A stretch of DNA of 64,000 bases from contig JAZQCH010000008.1 of the NCBI GenBank assembly GCA_045546195.1, forward strand, positions 7,481 to 71,480, read 5' to 3'. Source of the stretch: Candidatus Enterousia sp. GTDB lineage: Bacteria > Pseudomonadota > Alphaproteobacteria > Rs-D84. The notes below the pieces were generated by a model that saw only the letters and a list, made by a program, of their open reading frames with translations, did no database searches and was not told the origin of the DNA. Made by a program: the position numbers and the translations under genes. Positions 54,413 through 63,848 of the stretch are shown in pieces (the first letter of the stretch is position 1; each line of letters opens with the position of its first letter).

Positions 54413-54745
54413 TTATTCGCCTTGGATCGAGTCAATTTCAACAACAGTATATGTGCCAACCTTTTTTTCACTTATAGTTTTATATACCTTATAATCACCG
54501 ATAATTGTTTTTCCATTTGTCAACGTACCTTCAAAACGACAATAACGATATTTGCCTGTGGAGTCTACCATCCCTGGAATTTCAAATGTTTTAGTTATAT
54601 TTTTAATGTGCCATTTTACACCATCTTTTTCCCAGAAGATATCCTTTAAAACTTCGATGCTATCTTGATTCCAACATTTGGGAATATTAGTGTTATCACA
54701 TGCGGTTAATAAAATCAGCGGTAATAAAAATAATAATTTTTTCAT
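54413..54745 (-). CDS. Small lipoprotein, unknown function
   Basis: ATG 54745 gives MKKLLFLLPLILLTAC as lipobox. 110 aa. Confidence 0.6.
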   Translation of the reverse strand: MKKLLFLLPLILLTACDNTNIPKCWNQDSIEVLKDIFWEKDGVKWHIKNITKTFEIPGMVDSTGKYRYCRFEGTLTNGKTIIGDYKVYKTISEKKVGTYTVVEIDSIQGE

Positions 54746-54781
54746 TGTCTTTCCCTTATTTCCCATAAATTGTATCACAAC

Positions 54782-54801
54782 GCATCACACTTTGCATCAC
54801 A
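54782..54801 (+). repeat. Direct repeat (right copy) flanking the lipoprotein gene
   Basis: See 54334-54353. A third partial GTATCACAA lies immediately upstream, at 54772-54780. Confidence 0.7.
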
Positions 54802-54950
54802 ATTTTTTGGTGGTTTTACTCTTGTTGTTGTTAAGCTGTGCGGAAAAAGCTTAGAAAACCAGCTTTTTTGTCTGTAATGGCTAAAAACTGAAATTGTCTG
54901 AAAATAATAAAAAAATCCAACAAAAGTGCTGGATTTCTAAGAAAAATTAC

Positions 54951-55026
54951 TGGTGCCGGTTGTCGGACTTGAACCAACGACCTACTGATTACAAATCAGC
55001 CGCTCTACCAGCTGAGCTAAACCGGC
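54951..55026 (-). tRNA. tRNA-Thr (anticodon UGU)
   Basis: The reverse complement reads GCCGGTTTAGCTCAGCTGGTAGAGCGGCTGATTTGTAATCAGTAGGTCGTTGGTTCAAGTCCGACAACCGGCACCA. Confidence 0.9.
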
Positions 55027-55180
55027 GTTGCCACACAATTATACATATCTGCGCGCGTAACGCAAGCAAAAAAATCATAAAATTTGGGTGGCAGTGGTCG
55101 CAGGTAGTAACTGTTTGATTTCGGAGTGGTTTTGGTGTAGAATTTGTTACAGGATTATACATAATTTATGGAGGGAAAAA

Positions 55181-55498
55181 ATGAAAACAACTAAAACAAA
55201 CAATACACAAAAAGCATGGAAGACGGCGCCGATTTCGTGGGGGCTGTATTTGGTTTTGACAATAATAACGGGTGTGGCGGGGTCTGTGCTGATTACCGAA
55301 TATGGATTTGAAATGGGGTGGCGTGGGCTTGAAATGACGCCGTTCTTTTTTATAGGGTTGGCGATTTTATTGTTGGGACTGTATTTTTCGTTGCGTTTTT
55401 GGATAGAACTGATTGCGGCGGCGCATGTGCGTGCGTTGGAAGTGTACTATGGAAAAGAACGGGCAGTAAAGTTCGAAGCGTCGGATAAGGAAGCGTGA
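55181..55498 (+). CDS. Small membrane protein (two TM segments)
   Basis: GGAGGG SD. MKTTKTNNTQKAWKTAPISWGLYLVLTIITGVAG.. . Confidence 0.5.
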   Translation: MKTTKTNNTQKAWKTAPISWGLYLVLTIITGVAGSVLITEYGFEMGWRGLEMTPFFFIGLAILLLGLYFSLRFWIELIAAAHVRALEVYYGKERAVKFEASDKEA

Positions 55499-55555
55499 AG
55501 GCGGGTGTAGAAAAGATTTCCTTGCTTTTATCTTTATTCGGGGCAGAATAGGGGT

Positions 55556-56815
55556 ATGAAAAATATAAAACTACCAGAATTGTTGGCGCCAGCGGGGACG
55601 TTGGATGCCTTTAAAACCGCCATTTTGTATGGCGCAGATGCGATTTATGCTGGGTTGCCCGGGTTTTCAATGCGGGCGCGCGCAAAGATTGATGTCGAAG
55701 GGGTTCGTCAGGGTATCGAGTTGGCGCATGCCGCAGGGAAAAAAGTCTATTTGGCGTTCAACCTGTTTGCGCATGACCATGAATATGCCAATATGCCGCG
55801 TGTTGCGGAAATTATTCGGTATTTGGGGCCGGATGCGCTGATTGTGTCTGACCCAGGTATCGTTATGTGGGTGCGTGAAAATTTCCCAGATATGCCGATA
55901 CACATTTCAACCCAAGCGAATATTTGTTCGGCAAAAACTGTGAAGTTCTGGCAGAATGCGGGTGCCAAGTTATGTGTGTTGGCGCGCGAAGTGTCACATG
56001 CTGAATTTAAAAATATTCGCGCAGAATGTCCGGATGTTGGGTTGGAGATTTTTGTCCACGGGGCGATGTGTATGTCGTATTCAGGGCGGTGTTTGCTGTC
56101 GAACTTTATAACGGGGCGACCGGCAAATCGTGGGGCCTGTGCGCAACTGTGCCGGTGGAAGTATGATGTGATATTGCGCGAAGTGGAAACGGGCGTCGAA
56201 ATGCCAATTGATGAAGACGAACGTGGCGCATATATTATGAATTCCAAGGATTTGTGTCTGATGCCGCGGTTGGCGGATGTTGTGGCGGCGGGGCCGGATA
56301 GCCTGAAAATCGAAGGGCGCAATCGGTCGGAATACTATGTGGGGTCGGTGGTTCATGCGTATCGCTGCGCGTTGGATGCATATGCGGCCAATCCAGATAA
56401 TTTTGACCCCGCGCCGTTTATGGAAAGTTTGAACCGCCTGGAATCGCGTGGGTACACGACGGCGTTCTTTGACGGGCCAGTTCGTTCAGATGCACATAAT
56501 TATGAAACGACGCGCAGCACATCAGACTGGCACGCGGCGGGCGTGATAACAGCGGTGGATGACAAAAATATAACGTTCGAACTGCGTAATGAAACGCGCA
56601 TTGGTGATGAAATTACGTTTGTTTTACCCGGGACGATGGATGCTGTGTCTGTTAAGTTGACCGAATTAGTAAATGCTAAAAACGGTGAAAGTGTGGAAAA
56701 GCTGGCGGCGGGTATGGGAAATTCAATCTTGATTCCGCGGGCGTGGTTAGGTGACAGACATGCCGATAAATTTGTGCCGTATGTTTTGGCGTACAAGAAA
56801 AAGAACCGTCAGTAA
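55556..56815 (+). CDS. Peptidase U32 family protein
   Basis: ..PELLAPAGTLDAFKTAILYGADAIYAG.. N-terminus and Cys-containing core ..HGAMCMSYSGRCLLSN.. typical of U32. Confidence 0.85.
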   Translation: MKNIKLPELLAPAGTLDAFKTAILYGADAIYAGLPGFSMRARAKIDVEGVRQGIELAHAAGKKVYLAFNLFAHDHEYANMPRVAEIIRYLGPDALIVSDPGIVMWVRENFPDMPIHISTQANICSAKTVKFWQNAGAKLCVLAREVSHAEFKNIRAECPDVGLEIFVHGAMCMSYSGRCLLSNFITGRPANRGACAQLCRWKYDVILREVETGVEMPIDEDERGAYIMNSKDLCLMPRLADVVAAGPDSLKIEGRNRSEYYVGSVVHAYRCALDAYAANPDNFDPAPFMESLNRLESRGYTTAFFDGPVRSDAHNYETTRSTSDWHAAGVITAVDDKNITFELRNETRIGDEITFVLPGTMDAVSVKLTELVNAKNGESVEKLAAGMGNSILIPRAWLGDRHADKFVPYVLAYKKKNRQ

Positions 56816-56823
56816 ATATAAAT

Positions 56824-56852
56824 AAAAAACCGCCGTTTTGGCGGTTGTTTTT
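56824..56852. terminator. Bidirectional terminator between the U32 gene and pgk
   Basis: AAAAAACCGCC-GTTTT-GGCGGTTGTTTTTT. Confidence 0.7.
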
Positions 56853-58021
56853 TACTTGGATTCCAATATTGCGATGCCGGGCAGGGTGCGCCCTTCGATA
56901 AATTCCAGGAACGCGCCGCCGCCGGTGGATACATAGGTGATGTCGTTTTTCACCCCGCATGCGGACAGGGCAGCGACTGTGTCGCCACCGCCGACGATGC
57001 TGGTTAATTTGCCGGCGCGGGTTTGTTCGGCAATCGCGCGTGCCAATGCGAACGAACCGTATGACCATGTCGGTGCCCATTCCGCCATACCCACTGTGCC
57101 GTTCCAGATGACTGTTTTCGCATTGCGGATTGCGGCAACATCGCGTTCGGTGGTCTGTATGCCGGCGTCAATAATTACGTCGTCATCTTCGATTTGTGTA
57201 AAGTCTTTGTTGGTGCGGATGGCGTCGCGGGCAAATGTTTTGGCGACCCCTTTGTCCAATGGCAGTAATACATTACAATTATTTTGTTTTGCGTATTCCA
57301 ATATTTCCAGGGCGGTGTCACGTTGGTCTGCTTCGTACAGTGAGTTGCCGACACGGGCGCCGGTCGCATAGTTAAATGTTGTGCCCAATGCGCCACCGAT
57401 AATCAATGTGTCGGACAGTTTGGCCAGGGCCTTTAATACACCGATTTTGGTGGAAACCTTGCTGCCGGCGACAATTGACAGTAATGGGCGCGATGGGTTT
57501 TCCATGACGGCGGTCAGGTGTTCAATTTCAGACGCCAGCAATTTCCCAGCATATGATGGCAGGATTTCCGCCACGCCAACGGTGCTGGCATGGGCACGGT
57601 GGGATACCGCAAATGCATCATTTACAAATATATCAAATCCGCGTGCCAAGTCGGCAGAAAACGCAGGGTCGTTGGATTCTTCGCCCGCATAGAAACGCAC
57701 ATTTTCCAGTAATACCACGTCGCCGTCGCGCATTTCGGTCATAAATGATTTATCCAAGCAATCAGGGATTAATTTAATGCCCATATAATCTGCGATTGGT
57801 TTCAGGGTGTATTCCATATTGCGCGTCCCCCGTGGGCGACCGCGGTGGGCAACAATCGCGATGCGTGCGCCGGCCATACGCAGGGCGTTGATGGTTGGCA
57901 TACTTTCGTCAATTCTGAACGGTTCGGTAATTATGCCGTCAACGATTTGTACGTTAAAGTCGTCGCGCAGTAATACATATTTTCCGCGTAAATCCAGATT
58001 TTCAATTGTGCGAAGTTTCAT
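56852..58021 (-). CDS. pgk: Phosphoglycerate kinase
   Basis: ..VLLRDDFNV.., ..HRGRP.G.., ..GGGDT.. motifs. 389 aa. Confidence 0.95.
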   Translation of the reverse strand: MKLRTIENLDLRGKYVLLRDDFNVQIVDGIITEPFRIDESMPTINALRMAGARIAIVAHRGRPRGTRNMEYTLKPIADYMGIKLIPDCLDKSFMTEMRDGDVVLLENVRFYAGEESNDPAFSADLARGFDIFVNDAFAVSHRAHASTVGVAEILPSYAGKLLASEIEHLTAVMENPSRPLLSIVAGSKVSTKIGVLKALAKLSDTLIIGGALGTTFNYATGARVGNSLYEADQRDTALEILEYAKQNNCNVLLPLDKGVAKTFARDAIRTNKDFTQIEDDDVIIDAGIQTTERDVAAIRNAKTVIWNGTVGMAEWAPTWSYGSFALARAIAEQTRAGKLTSIVGGGDTVAALSACGVKNDITYVSTGGGAFLEFIEGRTLPGIAILESK

Positions 58022-58628
58022 TTTTTATCCTTTCCTTAATAGGGCCAAAACTTTTTCGATAATGTTCGTTTATACCATATTGGTCGATGGCGCGCAAATG
58101 TGATTTTGTGGGATAGCCCGCGTTTTTATCCCATCCGTATTGGGGAAACTGGGCGGATAGGTTGTTCATTATGCGGTCGCGTGTTTCCTTGGCCAAAATG
58201 GATGCGGCGGCGATTGAAATTGATTTTGCATCGCCACGAACGACGGCGGTTCCGATTAAATCGTGCGGCAACCTGTTCCCGTCAATTAAGCAATGGTTGG
58301 GGGCTGAAGTCAGTTTGTCCACAGCACGTTTCATGGCGGTCATAGATGCCCATAATATATTTAGTTCGTCGATTTCGGCGGGAGTGCATTCGGCAACCGC
58401 CCAGATTGTGTTCTGGGTTATCCAATCATATGCGCGTGCGCGTTGTGCGGGCGTCATTTGTTTGGAATCGCGGATTATTACCGGGATTTCAATGTCGTGG
58501 CGCGGAAATATCACCGCCGCCGCAACAACGGGACCACACAGGGGACCACGGCCCGCTTCGTCCACGCCGGCAACCAATTTGGCACCACATGCGATTTCCA
58601 GTGAAAAGTCAGGTGTTTGCGTACTCAT
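58002..58628 (-). CDS. rnhB: Ribonuclease HII
   Basis: ..VAGVDEAGRGPLCGPVVAAAV.. . Start taken at ATG 58628. The 3' end overlaps the pgk start by 20 nt. Confidence 0.9.
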   Translation of the reverse strand: MSTQTPDFSLEIACGAKLVAGVDEAGRGPLCGPVVAAAVIFPRHDIEIPVIIRDSKQMTPAQRARAYDWITQNTIWAVAECTPAEIDELNILWASMTAMKRAVDKLTSAPNHCLIDGNRLPHDLIGTAVVRGDAKSISIAAASILAKETRDRIMNNLSAQFPQYGWDKNAGYPTKSHLRAIDQYGINEHYRKSFGPIKERIKNETSHN

Positions 58629-58711
58629 GATTGAAACAATAGCAGGAAATGCGCAGAAAATAAAATACTTTTTTGTTGACAAAAATAGGTTTTGCGGATA
58701 GAGTGTTGGTT

Positions 58712-58987
58712 ATGAACAAGTACGATTTTAATCAATTTAGAAAACATAATCGCCCACAAAGTGGGGATGCATTTTATCATATCGTTATGGCGATGCTGAT
58801 TGCGTTAAATGGTATGTTTGTTGGGGGCGCGATTCATAATGGGGCAAACCTGGCAAAGGGTGGGTACGATGGTGATACCGCGGCGGCCGTGCTGATATAT
58901 TTGTTGTGCGCGGCGTATTCGGGACGGACAGCGTATCAGTTATATCAGACGAAAAAAAGTATCGACCAAAATCAAAAGCAAAGATGA
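58712..58987 (+). CDS. Small membrane protein
   Basis: ATG 58712. Two hydrophobic segments. The stop overlaps the next ATG (ATGA). Confidence 0.45.
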   Translation: MNKYDFNQFRKHNRPQSGDAFYHIVMAMLIALNGMFVGGAIHNGANLAKGGYDGDTAAAVLIYLLCAAYSGRTAYQLYQTKKSIDQNQKQR

Positions 58988-59289
58988 TTCCAATGTCGGG
59001 CAAGCAAAAATTTAATAGTAAAACTGATTTAGAAAATATAGAAAACAATGCCGAGGTATCGCGATTTGTTGGTACTGTGGGTGTTGTGATGGGGGTGGGC
59101 GCATTAGCGGTGGCGGTTGTTAACGCGTGTCAGAAAAACTGGGATGTGACGGCGATGTGTGCTTTGGCTGGTGCGTTTAGTACTGCGTTGGGGGCGTGGA
59201 ACCTGGTAAATGCCCGTGACACATATGCCAGATTACAGGAATTGCGTAGAAAGCAGTTTGAGGGTTGGTATCATGATTGGGATATGTAG
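58984..59289 (+). CDS. Small membrane protein (translationally coupled to the previous gene)
   Basis: ATG 58984 lies in an ATGA overlap. ..FVGTVGVVMGVGALAVAVV.. and ..MCALAGAFSTALGAW.. segments. Confidence 0.45.
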   Translation: MIPMSGKQKFNSKTDLENIENNAEVSRFVGTVGVVMGVGALAVAVVNACQKNWDVTAMCALAGAFSTALGAWNLVNARDTYARLQELRRKQFEGWYHDWDM

Positions 59290-59294
59290 ATAAT

Positions 59295-59321
59295 AAAAAC
59301 CCGCGACTGCGGGTTTTTTTA
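59295..59321. terminator. Bidirectional terminator upstream of the ssb 3' end
   Basis: AAAAACCCGC-GACT-GCGGGTTTTTTT. Confidence 0.75.
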
Positions 59322-59340
59322 TTGACTTTTTTCTTGGGGT

Positions 59341-59799
59341 TTAAAATGGAATATCGTCGCCGATATCTGCGACGGAAATTTCTTCGCGTGGGGCAGATGC
59401 CGGGGTGGCGGATGCCGCGTATTCAGAACCCGCGCCGTCCATTGATTTCGCGCCACTTAAAATAACCATCTGGCCACCAAATGGGTTCAAGACAACTTCG
59501 GTTGTATAAACGTCTGCGCCGGATTGGTTTTGCCATTTGCGTGTGCGCAGGGAACCCTCAAGATATAATTTTGTGCCTTTCTGTAACATGCGTTCGGCAA
59601 CCTCGACCAAATTTGGGTTAAAGATTACAACGCGATGCCATTCGGTTTGTTCCTTTTGTTCGCCGGTTGCGCGGTCACGCCAACGATCAGATGTCGCCAG
59701 GGAAAAACTGACCACCTTTTGACCGCTGCCCATGGTGCGAACCTGGGGTTCTTGGCCGATGTTTCCAACAAGTATTACTTTATTTATGCTTCCTGCCAT
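59341..59799 (-). CDS. ssb: Single-stranded DNA-binding protein
   Basis: [21 protein letters not shown].. OB fold, acidic tip DDIPF. Confidence 0.95.
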   Translation of the reverse strand: MAGSINKVILVGNIGQEPQVRTMGSGQKVVSFSLATSDRWRDRATGEQKEQTEWHRVVIFNPNLVEVAERMLQKGTKLYLEGSLRTRKWQNQSGADVYTTEVVLNPFGGQMVILSGAKSMDGAGSEYAASATPASAPREEISVADIGDDIPF

Positions 59800-59931
59800 G
59801 TCGCTTTCCTTTTAGTTTTTATTCATATATTCGATTTGAGCAATTATAGCCCTAAAAAGCAAGTGTTTTTTATATAGGAAAAGAAGTTCAAAAATACATG
59901 TGTATGCCAGATAAAAACAAGGAGATACAAA

Positions 59932-60573
59932 ATGATTTATGGCTATATACGTGTGTCGACAGACCATCAAACAACAGAAAATCAACGCTTTGAAATCAAG
60001 CGGTTTTGCGAAAAGCAAGATTTGGTCATAGATTGCTGGATAGAAGAAACAATTTCATCAACCAAGGATTTAAGCAAGCGTAAGTTAGGGCGTCTGTTGC
60101 GCCGTATTCAAAAAGATGACCTGATTATTGCGTCTGAATTGTCGCGATTGGGGCGAAATTTATTACAGGTGATGAGTATTTTACACCATTGTATGGATGT
60201 TGGGGCAAAAATATGGACAATCAAGGATAATTACAGGCTGGGGTCTGATATTACTTCGAAAGTTTTGGCGTTCGCTTTTGGGTTGTCCGCGGAAATTGAA
60301 CGAAATCTGATTTCGCAACGAACCAAAGAAGCATTGGCGCGCGTCAAGGCCGAAGGAAAGCGTATAGGGCGACCCCGTGGCAGTTCAAATGCACGCAAAC
60401 TGTCTGGGCGTGAAAAGTATATTGCCCAAAAATTGGCAGACGGGCGCACTAAATATGAAATCGCGCACAGATTGCGTGTTCATCGCGATACGCTGAACCG
60501 GTTTATTGAAAAATATGAACTGGGGGCTGATGAAGCAGACGGACAATCAAAAACACCAGTGTTAAAACTGTAA
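59932..60573 (+). CDS. Serine recombinase (resolvase/invertase family)
   Basis: AAGGAG SD. MIYGYIRVSTDHQ..NQ catalytic-Ser motif, ..SRLGRN.., ..ERNLISQRTKEAL.. and a C-terminal HTH. Confidence 0.9.
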   Translation: MIYGYIRVSTDHQTTENQRFEIKRFCEKQDLVIDCWIEETISSTKDLSKRKLGRLLRRIQKDDLIIASELSRLGRNLLQVMSILHHCMDVGAKIWTIKDNYRLGSDITSKVLAFAFGLSAEIERNLISQRTKEALARVKAEGKRIGRPRGSSNARKLSGREKYIAQKLADGRTKYEIAHRLRVHRDTLNRFIEKYELGADEADGQSKTPVLKL

Positions 60574-62412
60574 TTTTGTTTTGGCAATTACATAGACTTC
60601 GTCTGTGCCAAACGGATTATCAACAAATCCGGCGGTCATGAATTTATATGAAATTGATGTTTCAATTGATGGACGGGTGGCCATGTCGATTGTGTGGTTT
60701 GTAAATGTGTATTCCCCATCAATGCGACGGCCGGTCGGTGTGCGCAGGTACATGTTGCCGCCAATAATTGTGTCGGGTGTGCCAATGGAAAACGTAAAGT
60801 CGTTGTGTCTGATGCCGATTGTGACGGAACCTGTTATGATGTCCGAGAATCCGTTAATCATAGATTCTGGGGATGCGGTTGGTGACATTGTTCCAATGGT
60901 TGTGTGGCCAAACAGTGTTGTGCGACCCAGTTGGATGTTGTTATTTAATCCAATAAATGTGATGGTGTTTTGGGAATCTGTGGATAAAAATCCGTCGCCC
61001 ATTAACAGTTCTGATGATTTAAAGCCGAATTCAATGTTGCCAAAATTCATTTTGGTTGTGTTGTTTTCGCGCAGGCGTTCGAACCCGATACCGCGATTTT
61101 TTATGCCGATATTATCGTTCAGATTCGCGTCAAAGGCGCGACCATAACTGTCAACAAAGGCGAATTTGATGTTTTCTGATTTGATGTTTTGTGCGATATC
61201 ACCAGGCATGTGTGCTGTGCGCAGGGCGACCGTTGTGCCATTTGACAGTGGTACCAGTTCGGCACCAACGGGGCGTGTTGCGCGTTCCAGGTCCAACATA
61301 CCGTGTCCATAGATATTATCAACCCCAACATCGCCAATATCGCGCGCGGTTTCAAATAACAGTGCGGTGATTTGACTGGATTTCATGTATGGAAACGCTT
61401 CGCGGATGACGGCGATGGCGGCGGATACGATTGGGGCGGCAAAACTGGTGCCGTTGATGACTTCGTTGGTGGCGGGGGCGTTAATGTCGCTGCCGGGGGC
61501 GGTGATACAATAGTTTTTAGTAATGCCGCATTGGTTGCTGTAATATGCCAGTTCGCCGGTCGCACTGTCCCAGGCGACGACATTTACAAAATGGCCGTTT
61601 AATTCGGGTACATGTAATGGCATTGCGGACAGCGCGCTGGACTGGGAATTGCCGTCGTTGCCCGCCGCCCATACGAAAATAGCATCGTTGTTTTTTGCCG
61701 CATGCGTCAGTGACCCAATGAAGTTTTTATCGGTCATTTGTTCCAGGTGATAACGTGAACGAACCTGGGGGGCAAATGTGTCGGCAGACCAACTGAAATT
61801 GTAAATGTTTGCGCCGTCTGCGGTCGCAGTGCGGATTGTGTTGCCGATTTTATAAAATGAGTCAAAGTCATATTGCGAACGCGCAACAGTGTAAATATTT
61901 ACGTCTGCGTCGGGGGCGATTGTTCCACCCGCCAGGGCCGCGACATTTGCGCCGTGTGATGTTTTTTCATTGGAATCAAATACGGCAACATATGAATTTT
62001 TGCCGGTGTATCCGCGGGCCAGTGAATATGCGACGCGTATGTCGTTATATTGATTGGCGTTGTAGGTATAGTTGGCCGTGTTAAAAATAGACGACAGGTG
62101 GACAGAATCTACGTCGCCGCCAACCATTGTATATGTTGGCAGGGTGATGCGTGGTGCGTTGTCGTGTGAATCGCTGTTGTCAGATGATGAATTCGTGCCG
62201 AACAGGGCAATTGCACCGCCGATTAAGGCCGCTGTGCCGGACGCAATTGTGGCTGTTGTGGCAAATGAAAAACCGCGTTCTGGTGCTTCGGGGGCGCATT
62301 TGTCTGGGTTATAGCGACGATACATTGGGTTGTCGCAATTGTTTGCCAAGGCAGGGGCGCAACAAAGCGCGCCAGACAAGAAAGCAATCAAAATGTTTCT
62401 GTACATCGTCAT
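60562..62412 (-). CDS. Subtilisin-like (S8) serine protease, probable autotransporter
   Basis: Signal peptide ..FLSGALCCAPALA. Triad regions VAVFDSN, HGANVAALAGG, GTSFAAPIVSAAIAV. The C-terminal ~270 aa is beta-rich and ends ..KTKLQF. Confidence 0.8.
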   Translation of the reverse strand: MTMYRNILIAFLSGALCCAPALANNCDNPMYRRYNPDKCAPEAPERGFSFATTATIASGTAALIGGAIALFGTNSSSDNSDSHDNAPRITLPTYTMVGGDVDSVHLSSIFNTANYTYNANQYNDIRVAYSLARGYTGKNSYVAVFDSNEKTSHGANVAALAGGTIAPDADVNIYTVARSQYDFDSFYKIGNTIRTATADGANIYNFSWSADTFAPQVRSRYHLEQMTDKNFIGSLTHAAKNNDAIFVWAAGNDGNSQSSALSAMPLHVPELNGHFVNVVAWDSATGELAYYSNQCGITKNYCITAPGSDINAPATNEVINGTSFAAPIVSAAIAVIREAFPYMKSSQITALLFETARDIGDVGVDNIYGHGMLDLERATRPVGAELVPLSNGTTVALRTAHMPGDIAQNIKSENIKFAFVDSYGRAFDANLNDNIGIKNRGIGFERLRENNTTKMNFGNIEFGFKSSELLMGDGFLSTDSQNTITFIGLNNNIQLGRTTLFGHTTIGTMSPTASPESMINGFSDIITGSVTIGIRHNDFTFSIGTPDTIIGGNMYLRTPTGRRIDGEYTFTNHTIDMATRPSIETSISYKFMTAGFVDNPFGTDEVYVIAKTKLQF

Positions 62413-62680
62413 TTCTTTCCTTTTTGTTCCTGCGTGGACAACCCACACACTACTAATATAGTACAAAGGTTTTGTTTGTCAATTGTAAATCGGCTTTTTT
62501 TAGGTGGCGGGATATTGTGGATTTTTTTATATTTTTACTTGATTTTTTAATCGGTTTTGGTTATTATCGGGGCACGCACTTGGTGCGAAGAACACAGCCG
62601 TTCTGTTAAATTTGTGTCCAAATCAATGGTTTGGGTTTCCACAGACGGCGAGGATAACAACACAAAAAAGGATAAAAATC

Positions 62681-63532
62681 ATGGCATTGCCAACATTTAC
62701 AATGAAACAGTTGATGGAAGCAGGTGTTCATTTTGGTCACCATACACGTCGCTGGAATCCATTGATGACACCATATGTTTATGGCGTAAAAGATAAAATT
62801 CATATCATTAACTTGAACAAGACTGCACCTTTGTTGCATCGTTCGTTGGTTGCATTGGAAGCAATCGCGGCCGCAGGTGGCAAGGTTCTGTTCGTGGCGA
62901 CCAAGCATCAGGCAAAAGATATTGTAAAGGATGCCGCGGAACGTTGTGGTCAGTACTATGTGAACAACCGCTGGTTGGGTGGTATGTTGACAAACTGGAC
63001 AACAGTTTCACAGTCAATTCGTCGTCTGAAGAAAATGGAAGCGGATATCGCAAATGCTGACAAATTGGGTTTGACCAAAAAGGAAGTCGGCGTTATGACC
63101 AAAGAAGTTGAAAAATTGCGCGATATTTTCGGCGGTATTTTGGATATGCACGGCACGCCACAGGCAATGGTCGTTATTGATGTGCCACGTGAAATGAACG
63201 CAGTTCGTGAAGCCAAGAATTTGGATATCCCAACAATCGCGATTTGTGATACAAACGCAAATCCAGAAATGGTTGACTATCCAGTCCCAGGTAATGACGA
63301 CGCAGCACGCGCAACACAGTTGTACTGTGACCTGTTCGTGGATGCGATTTTGTCGGGTATTGAAAAACGTTTGGGCGGTGCGGCCGGTAAAAAGGTCGAA
63401 TCTGATATGCGCGCAGACGCAGCCGACGAATTAGAAGACGAAATCAAGGAAAAAGAAGCCAAGATTAAGTCAAAAGCGTCCGAAGCACGCGCAGAACGTC
63501 GTGGTAAATTGGCAGATAAAGCCGATAAATAA
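62681..63532 (+). CDS. rpsB: 30S ribosomal protein S2
   Basis: Internal ATG gives MALPTFTMKQLMEAGVHFGHHTRRWNP.. . Confidence 0.95.
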   Translation: MALPTFTMKQLMEAGVHFGHHTRRWNPLMTPYVYGVKDKIHIINLNKTAPLLHRSLVALEAIAAAGGKVLFVATKHQAKDIVKDAAERCGQYYVNNRWLGGMLTNWTTVSQSIRRLKKMEADIANADKLGLTKKEVGVMTKEVEKLRDIFGGILDMHGTPQAMVVIDVPREMNAVREAKNLDIPTIAICDTNANPEMVDYPVPGNDDAARATQLYCDLFVDAILSGIEKRLGGAAGKKVESDMRADAADELEDEIKEKEAKIKSKASEARAERRGKLADKADK

Positions 63533-63547
63533 TACTGGGGTTGTGTT

Positions 63548-63820
63548 ATGGGTAATGACAAAAAAACACAAGAACAGTTAGTCAAGACATCCGTCGGGAA
63601 CCAGTATGTGGCAACATATGCTGGGGTCCTGGGGGATGCGACGTACTATGAGTGCAAGGATCCGGTCAGTGGTAAAAAGGTCGGGTTCGTTGCAACAGTG
63701 ATTCCAGGGCGGTTTGGGCCGCTGTGCCTGAACTATGTTGCGGCTGCTATGCGTGCCCGCAATATCGTGGACAGCACTGTGTCGTGGTGGACAAGATTAG
63801 TGTTCCAAAGACAGAAATAA
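63548..63820 (+). CDS. Hypothetical 90-aa protein between rpsB and tsf
   Basis: ORF starts 15 nt after the rpsB stop. No recognisable motif. Confidence 0.4.
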   Translation: MGNDKKTQEQLVKTSVGNQYVATYAGVLGDATYYECKDPVSGKKVGFVATVIPGRFGPLCLNYVAAAMRARNIVDSTVSWWTRLVFQRQK

Positions 63821-63848
63821 TAAACTTTAAATAAACGGGAGATTCAAA

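Noticed and set aside
59800-60573. IS element, transposon or prophage around the serine recombinase
   Set aside because: I could not see terminal inverted repeats, a transposase, or phage genes on either side. ssb and the protease gene abut it directly. It is therefore called only as a lone recombinase CDS.
62467-62680. rpsB autoregulatory leader
   Set aside because: A promoter-like TTGATT-N17-TATTAT and small hairpins (CGCAC-TTG-GTGCG) precede rpsB. I cannot match them to the described S2-binding leader by eye, so the evidence is too weak for a feature call.
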